A stretch of DNA of 64,000 nt from Phoronis australis (GCA_002633005.1 NMRA01000029.1:229707-293706); one strand, 5' to 3'; shown: positions 12,301-23,900, counted from the stretch's first letter. Program-made: numbers and translations. Notes: a model not told the origin generated them from the sequence alone.

Positions 12301-14891
12301 CACAGGCCAATCAACAACAACTGTGAACCACTCCTGTAACATTTCACCATCTGCTCCATCAGAGAAAGTTGACGATTTGGTGGCACTTCAGCCTACCTCA
12401 GAGGTAAGCGAGCCTGCAATGGTATTAGCACCGACAGAATCTCCAACGGGGCACTGTGACACAGAGAAGGATGTCAGTAGCAACTGTTTGATTTTTGATG
12501 ATGCTAGTCATGGGCAAAGCGACACTGCTGACGAAATGGGGGATGTTGCGGAGGTCTCTGGAAAGGCTATTCCATCTGTTGCTGAAAAGCCTGATGTGAT
12601 GGCAGTTCACGGCAATGATGATAGTGTCAATGGTGACATTCTTCCCCAGAGTTTCTCCCGGAATCCGGACAATATTCATCTTCGTCTGGAGTGCGATGCG
12701 GATGAGACTTCTGACGGTCATGTAGGAGAACGCGAAAGTGGCAAACTGTCTGCAACACACGTGTCGGAAAATGCAAACACAATCTATTTGCCATTTGAGT
12801 CCACTGAGCTCACGCTTACATCTGTGGAAGTTGTTGGTAGGACATTTGTGCTTAGAGTTTCAAGTGTTCTTATGTATTACTTTGAGTTGTGTACTGCCTG
12901 GCTTTAAACTCAAACTCCCTCGCTCACAGATGTCTCTGTCTGCAGACATTTTGTTAGCAGAAGTATTCTTCTGCTCATAATTTCTGCACTGTTCACTGCT
13001 GGTAAAGCTTCAACACACCGCTCCAGAATCTTGACCAGGGGTGGACAATGGACAAAGACGGGCGCTGAATAGAGTATTCTTCTATTAGAGTAGTATGGGA
13101 TTAATCAGTCTAGTACATGGAATTTGTTAGATACATGTAGGTGCCAGGGCCCTTAATCCTTCGATTTTGGGGCTGAATTTGGCCCCCATTCCGCTCTGAA
13201 AATATTTAAAAATCAAGCGAAATTCCTCTCAGACGCCCAAAAATTCCCCTCAAGAGATTTAAAAATCCCTCATGGTTCAACTCACTTGTAACTCTCACAG
13301 GCTACAATTAGAAACAGCACAAAATATTATGCTTGGCTATTTGAGGCAGAGCCTATGAGGGCCAGTGAAAGGGGTGGAGGTGCCATTGATGCTGACCAGG
13401 GGGCGTAATTTTCAACCTCAAAAAATTTCCCTCTTGAAGGGCACTTTTTCCCTCTGGTGAACAAGTGCCCTAAGTGCTGTCTAAGTGTTCCTTCAATGGA
13501 CACTTGGTCAGACTCACGGTAAACATGGAAAGAATAGAGCAGATCACCAGAAGACATTGCAGTGGTACATCTGATTTCTGTGTGAAGATAAGGCATGGCC
13601 TGTCTTGAAAGAAGGCCATCTTTTTATGTAGCATAATGTCTCTTGGCATATTACTCTATTCTTGCTTTGTTTTTTGTTGGAAAACTGATGAATGTACTGG
13701 AAGCTCGAGCTAATGTGTATTAAAGTAAAAATAAACAATGCTATCATCTATTTAATAACTACTTCCATTAGGGGCTTAGTTGGTTGTGGTCTGTTTTTTT
13801 TTTTTTTTTTTGTTTTATCGAACATTATAACTTCCAAANTGTGCTGGGATTTGTTTGTTACTCATGGGTTTGCAAATCATAGTGTTACAAACGTTGTCTA
13901 CCCTTGCTTACGTGCCTTTGTGCAGCTTTTTGACAGTAATATGGTACCTTAGTTGAAGTTGTTAGAGGCAGACATTTTTTTTCCGGTGAGACCATGTCTC
14001 AAAGTGAGCCTGGTTAAAGACCAGAACCGACGTCGCATTTTGGCCTTTAAGTGAAGTAATAGTAAACAAGTTTGGAATCCAGCTCTTGAAAATATTTGCT
14101 GATATGGGTATAGTGGCATGAGATTGTCTTCTTAGAATGCTTTAGTTAGGTGACCCCACCATAAACCTTCAAGTATCTACATTCTTCACAGAGTCTTAAT
14201 GATTTAGGAATACAAACCTAATATTGATAATTTTTGCCCTATTGCCATTGGGCCATAGCTGTAGTGCATTCAATTCCCACGACTTCATAAATTAGGCCAT
14301 GACATGTGCACAGTATAAACTCAGTGAAAAGTTGGATAGAATTTTCTTTAGGTCCCACACAGTACTAACTGGGTCGAGCCATAGTCATGAACTTCCGTCC
14401 ATGAATCTTCCTCTTCAAGTAATTATTGATCTCTGTTCAGTCCATGGAGTGACCATGTGTATGTAGGTCTCCCAAAGCTGGCATGTCACCTGCGTGTCAC
14501 AAAACAACTTTGCTTTTTCTGCCGTCTTGTTTTCCTAATAGAAGAAGCTTCAGTCGTCATGGTGTTTGATTGGTTCTGTTTGTGTCTTTCTTGGCAGACT
14601 TTTTTTTCAGGTCGGGGGTCACCAGCCTGTCCTTTCCCCACAAGGTCATTGATATACTGAAGCAGTCTTGCTTTTTTCCATGGGTTTTTCATTGGTCGAG
14701 CATCAGTGTTGTTTGATATCGTTTCAGATGAAACCAATGATGTTGAGAATGACGACGATGAGGAGCATGACCCTGAGGTCATCGTCGTGGATTCTTCTTC
14801 GGACGAAGACAACCTTGATGACGAGGATGATGATGATGATGACAGTGATGACGACGTCCTGTTTGAGTTGTCGGACAATTCAAACTGGTAA
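286..14891 (+). CDS. DCAF1: DDB1- and CUL4-associated factor 1 (DCAF1/VprBP), 3' portion: WD40 propeller and acidic tail; 5' exons lie upstream of the window
   Basis: Phase-consistent GT-AG exons 286-361, 1417-1545, 2481-2552, 3031-3087, 4199-4281, 4892-4976, 5372-5605, 6327-6420, 7071-7175, 7475-7548, 8159-8242, 9269-9353, (11394-12836), 14728-14891. They translate to [84 protein letters not shown], recognisably colinear with human DCAF1. Confidence 0.95.
435..760 (+). mobile_element. Second copy of the same SINE, split by a ~210-bp insertion
   Basis: 435-470 matches the A-box half; about 688-760 matches the B-box half and body. Confidence 0.6.
1417..1545 (+). CDS. DCAF1: DCAF1 exon ([43 protein letters not shown]), DDB1-binding H-box region
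   Basis: tgtcag| ... |gtaaat; phase 0-0. Confidence 0.9.
2481..2552 (+). CDS. DCAF1: DCAF1 exon ([24 protein letters not shown])
   Basis: cccccag| ... |gttagc. Confidence 0.88.
3031..3087 (+). CDS. DCAF1: DCAF1 exon ([19 protein letters not shown])
   Basis: ttgcag| ... |gtaagt. Confidence 0.88.
4199..4281 (+). CDS. DCAF1: DCAF1 exon ([28 protein letters not shown])
   Basis: cttcag| ... |gtgcgt; ends in phase 2. Confidence 0.88.
4892..4976 (+). CDS. DCAF1: DCAF1 exon ([28 protein letters not shown])
   Basis: tttcag| ... |gtgagt. Confidence 0.9.
5372..5605 (+). CDS. DCAF1: DCAF1 exon (IYDVTTG...[27 protein letters not shown])
   Basis: ctgcag| ... |gtatcttt (U12-like donor). Confidence 0.9.
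5606..6326 (+). other. U12-type (minor spliceosome) GT-AG intron
   Basis: 5' site GTATCTTT (consensus GTATCCTT). Perfect U12 branch sequence TTCCTTAAC at 6307-6315, about 10 nt before the AG, with no long polypyrimidine tract. Confidence 0.85.
6101..6258. mobile_element. Fold-back element with 42-bp inverted arms inside the U12 intron
   Basis: 6101-6142 against 6217-6258, 4 mismatches; internal GGTTCGAGTCCC B-box-like motif. Confidence 0.7.
6327..6420 (+). CDS. DCAF1: DCAF1 exon ([31 protein letters not shown])
   Basis: tgtcag| ... |gtaatt. Confidence 0.9.
7071..7175 (+). CDS. DCAF1: DCAF1 exon ([35 protein letters not shown])
   Basis: ttccag| ... |gtaatt. Confidence 0.9.
7216..7288 (+). 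repeat. Perfect 14-bp minisatellite (TGTGTAGTTGTTAT)x5
   Basis: Direct reading. Confidence 0.9.
7475..7548 (+). CDS. DCAF1: DCAF1 exon ([25 protein letters not shown])
   Basis: ttacag| ... |gtaggc. Confidence 0.9.
8159..8242 (+). CDS. DCAF1: DCAF1 exon ([28 protein letters not shown])
   Basis: ccccag| ... |gtaaga. Confidence 0.9.
9269..9353 (+). CDS. DCAF1: DCAF1 exon, start of acidic tail ([28 protein letters not shown])
   Basis: ttgcag| ... |gtgagt; phase 0 to phase 1. Confidence 0.85.
9395..9730 (+). repeat. Degenerate tandem repeat of TTGGTTGCAGAC...GTGTTCTATC units
   Basis: Recurrent ttg(g)ttgcagac and tgttctatc motifs at roughly 35-50 bp spacing. Confidence 0.55.
11394..12836 (+). 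CDS. DCAF1: Large symmetric (phase 1-1) exon encoding a ~481-aa acidic Ser/Thr-rich disordered insert in the DCAF1 tail
   Basis: Lies within the 507-aa ORF 11384-12907. Acceptor cgtag|AC continues the phase-1 G of the 9353 exon in the ORF frame; donor G|gtagga; length 1443 nt is divisible by 3. Confidence 0.7.
13145..13472. mobile_element. MITE family A, copy 1 (CAGGGCC...GGCCCTG termini)
   Basis: Internal blocks (TCGATTTTGGGGCTGAAT, GGTTCAA.TCACTTGTAACTC) shared with 24571 and 48977; flanks ggtgc/agtgc. Confidence 0.75.
14728..14891 (+). CDS. DCAF1: DCAF1 terminal coding exon ([54 protein letters not shown])
   Basis: tttcag|AT in phase 1 (an alternative in-frame acceptor exists at 14707). 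Acidic end resembles the human ...EDDIILSLNE terminus; TAA at 14889-14891. Confidence 0.8.
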
Positions 14892-15754
14892 AGTTTGGGA
14901 TAGTCATACGCTGCTTGAGGATGGAACGCATCATTCCGTGGACTTTGCCGATCTAATAGTGTATATTTCATTGAGAATAGATCTAATTTAAATTGTGAAA
15001 ATAGAAGCTTAAGATTCTCAATAAGTAGAAAATACGCACAACCCATTTATAAAGTAGATAAAAAGAGGGCTGTAGACCACTGTTTTTGGAGTATGACATT
15101 TTTTGTGAGGAAAAAGATTATGGGTTACTGTGCAATCATGACAGGGAAGCTATTTCGGGTGTTTACTATTTTGTGTGCAAGGCTGTATTCCCCTAGTAGT
15201 ATTGTCATTGTGATCTGGTGCTGCGATGTCATTGAAAAATGAGGTCAGTGGGAATATTAAAGCTTGAGTCAAAAATAAACGGTTCTTGTTTGTGGAACCT
15301 TCCAAAGTTTCTTTTGCTGGGTGGTAATTACTTCTTCAATTTATTATGTAACATAGGAATACTAGTTTTTGCCAAAAGTGAACTTTACAAATGCTTTGCT
15401 TTGAATTTTTGTGTGTTATGGCCGACCTCGAGCTAGCCATCAAAAAATTTGTAGCTTTGTAGACTTTCTTTGAAAATTGGAGAAGTTATAAAGGTTTTGG
15501 CACTTTTGTTCAAAATCAGAAGCTGTCCTATTTTTATATTCGTATTAGGTCTGGATTTTCGTTTTTATACTTCCTTGGTTGGTTGGAACACATATGTGAA
15601 TACAATATTGTGTGCTTCTGTTGCCCTGGTCACCGAGGATTGTGTGCTCTAAGGCTGCTGGTTTGTGTTTTAATTGCGGCATTGGTATTTGTAAATATAA
15701 GCCATCTATTTTGATATAAATTATTTTTATTTGTTTGGCATTGTCAGTGAAAGT

Positions 15755-15760
15755 AATAAA
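15755..15760 (+). terminator. Candidate polyadenylation signal for DCAF1
   Basis: AATAAA at the end of a T-rich 3'UTR-like stretch; another AATAAA lies near 15275. Confidence 0.35.
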
Positions 15761-16082
15761 GAATTCAGGCTGCCAGAATTACCTGTTTGCTCTGTTTAAA
15801 AAATAGGTCCTAGGTACAGTTCTTTTTTAACATTAATTGTTTCACCAACAGAAAACAACAGAATGAAGTAATAAGATACACTGTACTGGAAGTGCAACAA
15901 ATCATGATGTCTGATTTTCCACCTACCCAGGCATTCACGCTGGGTCACTGGAGCATTTTCAGTCATCTGTGAACTAGAGAACCATAAGTTATGGACTGTT
16001 GAAAACTTGTAATTGGCAATTTTTCTTAAATAAATTTCTCAATTTTGCAAAATTGATAAATTTCTCATGTCATTGGATTCAG

Positions 16083-16325
16083 CAGGGCTTGGAATTTTCT
16101 TCTTTTAAGAGGATTCCCCATTTCTGGTTTCGATTTCCTCTTATTTGATTTGCAGTTTCTTTTTTGTCTCTTTTTATCATTATTATGACTTTATTCATTC
16201 ACAAACCTTTATTTCAGTTAAATTTTACAACACGAAAGAAATTTATAGCACACATGCCTATTTGTAGAACAATACATCACATGGGAATTTTTCCTCTTTT
16301 TTGTCATTGGTCATTCCAAGCCTTG
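16083..16325. mobile_element. MITE-like element (CAGGGCTTGGAAT ... ATTCCAAGCCTTG)
   Basis: 13-bp near-perfect TIR around an AT-rich core. Confidence 0.5.
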
Positions 16326-19300
16326 ATTTATACAGGGCAAGCATTTCTCAAGATATTTGTGGTATTTACCTATAAGTTTATTATGAGATTCAAAATTATT
16401 GGTCCTCGCCCGTTGTCCTCACGTTCATAATGTTATGACAAATCAACTTTTTGATTTGTCAAATGGAGCAAGGCGAAGCAACATTATAGATAATTACCAG
16501 AACAAAAAGTGAACAAATTTGTCTGGTTCTTCTCTACTAAAACTCCACATTTTCGAGAGAACCGTATTGGTATGTGCAGAAACTATTGTATGACAAACGG
16601 GTTAGAAACCACTTCAATTTTAATCATTTGTGTGGTTAACAGCCCAGTTTTTCACTTTTCTCCATTATTCGTGGATAAATAATCGCAGATTTTGTATCAG
16701 ATTTCGGTTCCTGGTACAATTGGGTAAAAAGACAAACCCCATTCTTGACATCGGTGAAAAGAAGATACGTGAGAGTAATTGTGGAATGTTTGGCGAAGTA
16801 ATTTCAAACTTGTCACTTTCCTTAAACATGGCGTTTTTCTCATTCCTGGAAGTTGCAAAATTGCTCCTACGTCGTGAAGCCTCTCTGAGTCTAATAAGTC
16901 ATGAACATACACAGTATTGTTTCTATGCCAGTTTCGATAATGCAAGTGTCTATTGCCTGCAAAAAGTGGATTGAATCACAGTTGGTACGGTATAGTCTCG
17001 TGGTTGCTAGAGGAATTAAAGTTCTGAGGAATATACCGGCATCGCTAAATATTTCTCTTCAGGAAAGATTAGGTATACTTTCGATCAGATGTCATAAATT
17101 GCTACCAAAAGGCAGAGGATTGCTGCGGGTATTTGAGGAAATGTTTGTTCTCCAAGAAAGAATGTTTTGGCACACCCGGTCGTCATAGGACACCTTCACA
17201 TAACCATGATTCTTAGTGACGATTTCAGTGATTCAAAAATAATTCATTTTACAGAAGTCTTTGGAGTCGGAGTTTTCTAAAAATCTGTGTAGTAAAACAG
17301 CGTTGCGTCGAAGAATTCATATGTAAATTTTCATTTTGACAACTTACCAATATAAGATTGATCTCAATTGGTTCCTTACTCCGACGGGAAGTGCTTTTTG
17401 GTCTTGCAAAGGACTGACAACTCGCTTTGATAAGGCAACTTGCAGAGCCTGGTCTCAAGCAATAATTAAAAGGATAGTCTACCAAACACTGTTCTGGACT
17501 ATTATCAGATGCTAAAAACGGCCCATCCAGTTCTCTGAAAAAAAGATAAATGCTCTGCAACCATTGGCAACCCTGAAAATTTTCTAGGAAAACTTTCAAA
17601 GCCTGCCAAAGGAGTAAGCGTGACCTACGCTTTTAGCGAATTACACAGCAACTTTGGGGAAAAAAAACACCTACCAATGTCCAATTTATGAGACGGGTAT
17701 GAGTTTTTAGTTGATTCACCCTGCGTTCATCTTTCAAGATTGACGCCAATAAAGATGACAGAGCGAAGATTGCACGAAATCATCAAGACAGGGTTTAGTA
17801 TCCCTTTAACTACCAGTTTCATGCCCTGAAATTGCAACTTTTTTGACTGTGGAACAATCTGACGCTAGGTGTAGATCAAAAATTTTTGTTAGGGAAGGCG
17901 CTGGGGCTTATGGCTGATTTTTGACACCCGAGATAAAATTATGAATGAGTTATTCAACCCTACAAATCGTTTCCTTGAGTGCTGAAGGCAAGTTGATAAA
18001 TGAACAAGTTAGGAAAACAAACACTTCACGGCAGTCATTTTGCCTAGAGCGATAAAATTTTATTGTTCCAGGAATAAAAACTACTTGAATTTCCTGAGAC
18101 TATCGGAGATAACTGAGTTGTAAGAGAGACAAGCCTGTAGGCTTCGTAGCTCTGTTCCTCGTATATTTTATCAAAATTCGACTTTCAAGCGTGAAAACTT
18201 ATAAATTGATTAAGTTAAGAGTACTGCTTCTCAAATATTCACTAGTACTATCGACTGTAATGACGGTATCATGAGTATTACGTAAAATCTGTTGCCCACA
18301 TTTGTTCCTTTAATGCCAAGGTTTTGCTTATACTCACAATAGGGGACCAGCACGCGCTCCTTCCTCTACCTCCTTACGAACACGACATAAAACTCAGACG
18401 GAATGCTATTTCCATAGGTTACACCAACATGTTGTTCCTTTGAAAATTGCGGTTGGTCCCCTCCTAGATACGCAGTTACTGTGTTCAGTTTTCACTTCTT
18501 GGTCTAAATTTTACAAGTAAATTGATTTAATACTCGTGAATATTTGCCCACTGCGTCAGAAAATTCTATGGGTACCGTTAAACAATAAGTTTATTAAAGT
18601 GTTAGTAAATTCTCTTTGAACGCTTTGACATGTGTTTGAGATACTGTTAGCACACCCTTGTAAGAAATATTGTAAAAAGAAGCCGTGTAGAAATAAAACA
18701 ATTAGACTGTACGCATTGCCATTTACTTCATGGGAAATTTTAAAAAGAATTGTTCACGAACGAGTGGTTACCAATACGATACTTTTAAAAATCTCCCACA
18801 AAGCTTTCAGAGTCACTGAACTGAAATTTCTTTGAAAGGAATATACTCAGGGCGTGTATTTGAAGAAAAATATTATTAAAGTCATGTAACTTTTCTCCTA
18901 ATATCCTAAAATTATAAGCCTACAACCAGAAAATCGCATAGGGTTAACAAAACATGACATGATATTTTGCACCAACGTTTGAGTGTCGTCAGTGAAGCTG
19001 AAACCTTCCGAGGACCGGGGAGGGTGGGGACTACCAGACAACCGAAACCATGAGTATCTGTAAATGCATGTTTGTACATACGGGACATCGCGCATCAAAT
19101 CGTCTGCTTGAAGCCCTAAGGCATACATACGATTTTAGAACGACCTAGTATACTTTTAATAGCCCGAAAAATTTCTGAGCAAATGCTTACAGTTGTGGGT
19201 CTGTTTGCAAATAATTTTCACTGGTGCCAGAAGGAAGTGGCGTGACGTCACGAGGTACATGTTTGTTTTTTTTTTGGTGCTCGTCCTCTACAAACATCTG

Positions 19301-19329
19301 ACTCTACAGTGGCCCTTGCAACAGTATAC

Positions 19330-19770
19330 GTCCATGTGGAACCCCAAGTTTGGCTAACTTCGGAACACCGTATCCCAGAAACGGCTGATCGAATGATTGA
19401 ATTTACATGAAACTTTTCCAGATATTATGCTTTATGCAGTGCTCTGGGATTTGTTTTTAAATGTTTCTCTTTTGCATGTGAGGTTATGGAAATAGGATTT
19501 TTATTATTTTAACGAACAAAATCAAAAAGTTGCATAAAAGGAAAAGAAAATGACAATTCTAACATTTTAGCAATGTTCTTGAGATTTCATCTTGAACATT
19601 TATGTCGAATGAAATTTAGTTATGTTGTTGATACGGTCGATGTTCCTTTTTTGCTATGATGATTTTACTAGAAGGCAGGATCACGTGACCCAATTGATGG
19701 CAGGTCTGTTACTTTCAGAATATATATGAGGTAGTTTGTAGATATTTGGCAAACTACGCAGACTTGTTCA
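19330..19770 (+). repeat. Old dispersed repeat, related to about 33440-33870
   Basis: Colinear shared blocks cgtatc.cagaaa..gctgat, ttgagat.tcat.ttgaacatt.at, ttttacta.aa...gg..tca.gt.acccaat.gatg.cag. Confidence 0.55.
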
Positions 19771-20034
19771 GATGCTCCTAAGCTGTAGGCCTAGCTAAGG
19801 ATGTCAATCTCCGTCCTCTTACTTTCATTCTCATTGAAGAAGTGCCTCCCGAGAAAATTAGAGATTTTTGTGTTGTTCAAGAGTAGTGTGCACCTGTATA
19901 AAATTTATTTACTATTTATGTTCATCTTTATGTTCATACGTCCAGCACTATTTTAGGATTACATCAGCCACTCTCCACGTAACGACGGGGATTTACATCA
20001 GGGGATGTATGCTTTGGTACTAGTGTACTAAAAT

Positions 20035-20357
20035 TAGGGGCGGATCCAGGATTTTGAGTTAGGGGGNGCACTTTGTTCGAAAGACAATACGAGGAATTCA
20101 AGATGCCGCAAATGAATTGTTTTTTTTTTCAGATATTATTTTCCAATTTTTCTCAGAGCAGATGTGGTAATTTTAATACATCACATTTTCGGGCCACTGT
20201 GGATGTCGATGAATCTGACCGGGGATATCACGCCAGTCTGAGTGGGCTCCGTCAACTGGGAGAAACCCTTAGGGTAGCCGCAGGGTATGGTCCCGTTTTT
20301 GTGGTTTCGGACGGGGGACCCGTGAGCACCCTCTGCCGGCCTCTAAAAATCCGCCTA
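20035..20357. mobile_element. MITE-like element (AGGGGCGGATCCAG ... AAATCCGCCT)
   Basis: Degenerate inverted termini, GC-richer than the flanks. Confidence 0.45.
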
Positions 20358-20719
20358 TTCTGTGTGCTAGATATGTCAAGAAATTGATTTATTTGTTGGA
20401 CGTATTTCTTCCTGTCTGTTTTGTAATGAAATCGTTATTCAAATAACTACCGAACGGTTTGTAAACTACTAAAATATTATTTTCATGCGAAATTGGCTAA
20501 TGTTTATTCAAAGTCCGATGATAAATCCATAATTATTGTTTCACAAGCACCTTTCCAAAGTATTTCAACCCAGTACCGGTCTGTATGAACTTTTATTGAC
20601 AACCCTGAAAGAGCTTTCTATTCGGTCGATAAGCTTTATTGTGTTCATAGGTTCCTTTCATTCAGTGCTAATCGAGTTTGTAAAGAAATTTGCTTGTTGT
20701 TAGACGGCGCGCTTGGAAA

Positions 20720-20800
20720 CTAGTCACGTGTTAGACAGCCCAATGAAAGCCGACGCATGCGCCGTCTAAAGTTACTGTGGAAACCCCATATGCTATCCGT
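20720..20800 (+). promoter_or_regulatory. Proximal promoter of the creatine kinase gene: E-box, CCAAT, NRF1-like site and RFX X-box-like site
   Basis: CACGTG 20725-20730, CCAAT 20740-20744, ACGCATGCGC 20753-20762, GTTACTGTGGAAAC 20771-20784, all in a locally CpG-rich patch 110-170 nt upstream of the ATG. Confidence 0.55.
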
Positions 20801-20897
20801 GGAGTGGCTGGGGATTAGCCGAGTGGTTCGCGAAAAAGTTGCTGAAAATCTTCCCATAACACTCGTATTTACGAAAGTTTAGCACTCAGAAAGAAAT

Positions 20898-20931
20898 ATG
20901 GGTTGCGGAGGGTCAAAGTCAGCCGATGCAG
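20898..20931 (+). CDS. CK exon 1, [11 protein letters not shown]: N-myristoylation (G2, S6, K7) and palmitoylation (C3) signal
   Basis: ATG GGT TGC GGA GGG TCA AAG ... G|gtgagt; MGC starts are typical of flagellar CKs. Confidence 0.85.
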
Positions 20932-23900
20932 GTGAGTTTTGATGCCGAGCACTTGCTGTAAATTGCACTGTCTGTCAGTTCACGGTTCGCCGGGCACAAA
21001 TAGTGGTCACTGAGCAGAGACATACTTACGGAGCCGTGATTTCACATTTGAAGCTTGACTAAAATTTCAGCCCTTAACGTTGAGTTTGGCCACGGGTATT
21101 AAGATTGTGTTATCCACTATTATCTACTTCCACTACAACCGCATTCAAGTTCATTTGGCAATTAAATTTAATATTTCCCGTCGGTAGCAAAGATTATTTA
21201 TCACGCGTTGCAGCTGTGACTGGAAATCATTCGCGTCTGTTGCCCGCCAGAACGTCAAAGTTTAGAACCGCTTGTTTTCGTTTCAAAATTTAACTTTATC
21301 TCAGACGATTTTGTTTCTGCAAAATATTTCCCTCTATAGGAAAGGATTATTTGTTTTGCAAATATGTTTTGATACCATTTTTTCTATTTCTTGCAGGAAC
21401 AAAGTAAGTAACCTACACACGCTCCTGGATACCTCCTTTCAGTCCAGCCTGTGGTAGACTCCTGTAATGAATAAGCTGGACATATTTGGTCTGAGATGGG
21501 GTCTTAGACCTGTATTTTGAAGACTGGGCCCGGCAGGTCAACAAGCTTATTGATTACATATAGCGTATGAGTCATAAATATGTCTCCGAATGTTCCACTG
21601 CTTGGCTGCATTCCAGGGGTGATTTGATCTAAGGTCAGGATTTATTACTGGATATTTCCTTTTCTTTCTTTGTATTTATTACTTTCCTTTTTATGCCCAA
21701 AGATATGGTAAATTTTCCGACCTAAATTGTCAATATTGAAGATTGCTTCAACTTCCTAATGATGACAAATGATTGACAGCTGTTGGTGCATGGATTTTTT
21801 AATACTTTTTGACAATTTTGTCATAGTATATGTAGGCCTAAGTGGATTTTCAATTCATAAATCCTAAGTGGCCATCCCGATTTATGAAAATAGTACAGTA
21901 GATAAATTTGGTGATAGAGCCTGAAATATGGGTGTTAGCTTAGAGATCCTTTTACAATACTAAACACTAACTTCAACAAGCTAACGTTTTATGTGTTGGA
22001 AGACTTAGTCATTGCAATGACTCTAGGGGGCGTACCAAAATGAAGCAGTCGCTGCATCTTTTCACTGAACATTATGTCATCCCTACAACCTCGAAAGCAC
22101 TATGCGTATGCTTGGTGACTGTGTCTGTTGTTACCCCTATGTTTATCCGAGAAATTGGTGAAGTTAATTAAGTCATTTTATACAAAGTTTCTTGACAATG
22201 CATCTGATAAATGCGTGATGCAGAATTAGCTCAGGTGATGTTCGTATAGTCGCTACCTGAACAAGTGTGCTATGTGCCTCCTACACTTACACTCTGACAT
22301 TTCTGAACCCACTCCCAATGTGATAGTGTAACTGTCTCAAGTGATGTAATTATTGTATTATACGTTCATGCTTTTGTTAAGAGAAATTTGAACCTCATTG
22401 CCTGGGGATGCTCCACTATATTTTCGTCAGGATTTTAGTGCCGCTAGGAAATTAGAGAGATGAAAACCCACCTGTAAAAAGGTTAAGCACAATGAAAAAG
22501 AACCCATATATTGGCAGCTTTTGTGAAAAGTCTCCCTTTCATAGAAGCTTTTGTCCTTTTGTATGGGTTTTAAACTCTACACAGTGAATATTTACTGAAT
22601 TAAAATTGATTACAAAATCTTTCAGGGTGAATCCAATCAACCGTAATAAAATGTAAAACCATCCTTTTTTTAGCATAAATGGACTCTCATGATGTAGAGT
22701 TTAAACCTAAAAATTAAGCTTTTTCCCTGGGGAATTTAATCTAAAAGTCATCCTTTTGAGCTCTACTGCATTGTTAACCCTGAGCATGAGAGAATACTTC
22801 GAGGCAACCTTCCTCTCGACCTGTGAACCATGTCATGAGGTGGCAAAAATGTCCATCAAGGCTGTATATGCCTACTGGAGTTTTGTCATTGATGAGACAT
22901 TTTCCCAAAAAACTTGGCCTAAAATTCAACTTTGGTACTAGAAATTCATATGGGAGACTCCCATTCTTAGTGATGAGTTGGACCTTTTGTAATCAATGTA
23001 TTGGGTCTCTAATACTGCCATTCACAACAGCATTGACAGCTAACTCTGTCTGTGTACAATTATTGCTGTGGGAGCCAGACAAAGAATTAATGACTTGCCT
23101 TTGCCTGTTTTGATGTGGCCAAAAACACACATTGTAAGCAATTGTGAAAGAATGCTTATTTAAGGCAGGACAGAAAGTCACCGCCCATAAGTACACAATT
23201 CGTAGTTACTTCCCCTGCCCCGAAGCTGTACACCACTAACTAAGGCTTTCCACTCTAATGGCTCTAATGTTGAAGGTACAGGGCCTGCGTGTAATTAGTT
23301 CATTAGGTAGTCAAGAAAATCAATCTTCATTTCGCCCAGACTATGAAACGAATGAAATAACTGTATGATACACTAAAGATAATATTCCTTTACTGTGTTT
23401 AAACGGAAAGTATGAATTAAAGTGTCTAGCGAAATTGATTTGTTCGTACTGTACTGAACATTCTGTTATGCATTTAACTGGAGGCGGATTTATTGGTGGA
23501 ACTTATAAATACCCTGCATGTGATAGGCTGGGAGTTGGATGTAAAAGTTGGGTGGAAGTTGGTGCTTTTAGTTGACAAACGACCATTAAAAGATCATTTA
23601 TTTCTAGTTTGATTTAACCAACCCACAACTTTACACATGTGTGTTCTGTCAGTAGTTGGCTTGCCTGTCATTGAACATTGGATGGCCATCTGTGTTGAAG
23701 AGTACACACAACTTACAGTTTATTTTTAGCAAAAGTTGTGGTCAGATATTTTACAAGAGTTGCCAGCAGCAGACGTGCACTGTACCATGCTCTTAAATTT
23801 TTACCATACTGGGCTAATGATAGCGTATTTGCTAGCATTCCAAAGTGAAAAAACGGACATCTGGATCTAGGATGCCGCAAGGGGTAAACTGTGACTTCCT

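Noticed and set aside
11384-12907. 507-aa ORF as a standalone intronless gene or transposon protein
   Set aside because: No recognisable domain; splice sites at both ends match the phases of the flanking DCAF1 exons, so it is better read as an exon.
14486-15046. 186-aa minus-strand Ser-rich ORF
   Set aside because: Antisense shadow of the Asp/Glu-rich DCAF1 terminal exon.
16400-19300. Possible gene or autonomous transposon in the intergenic region
   Set aside because: Only short ORFs without recognisable motifs, and I could not pair terminal repeats; it may be decayed repeat sequence.
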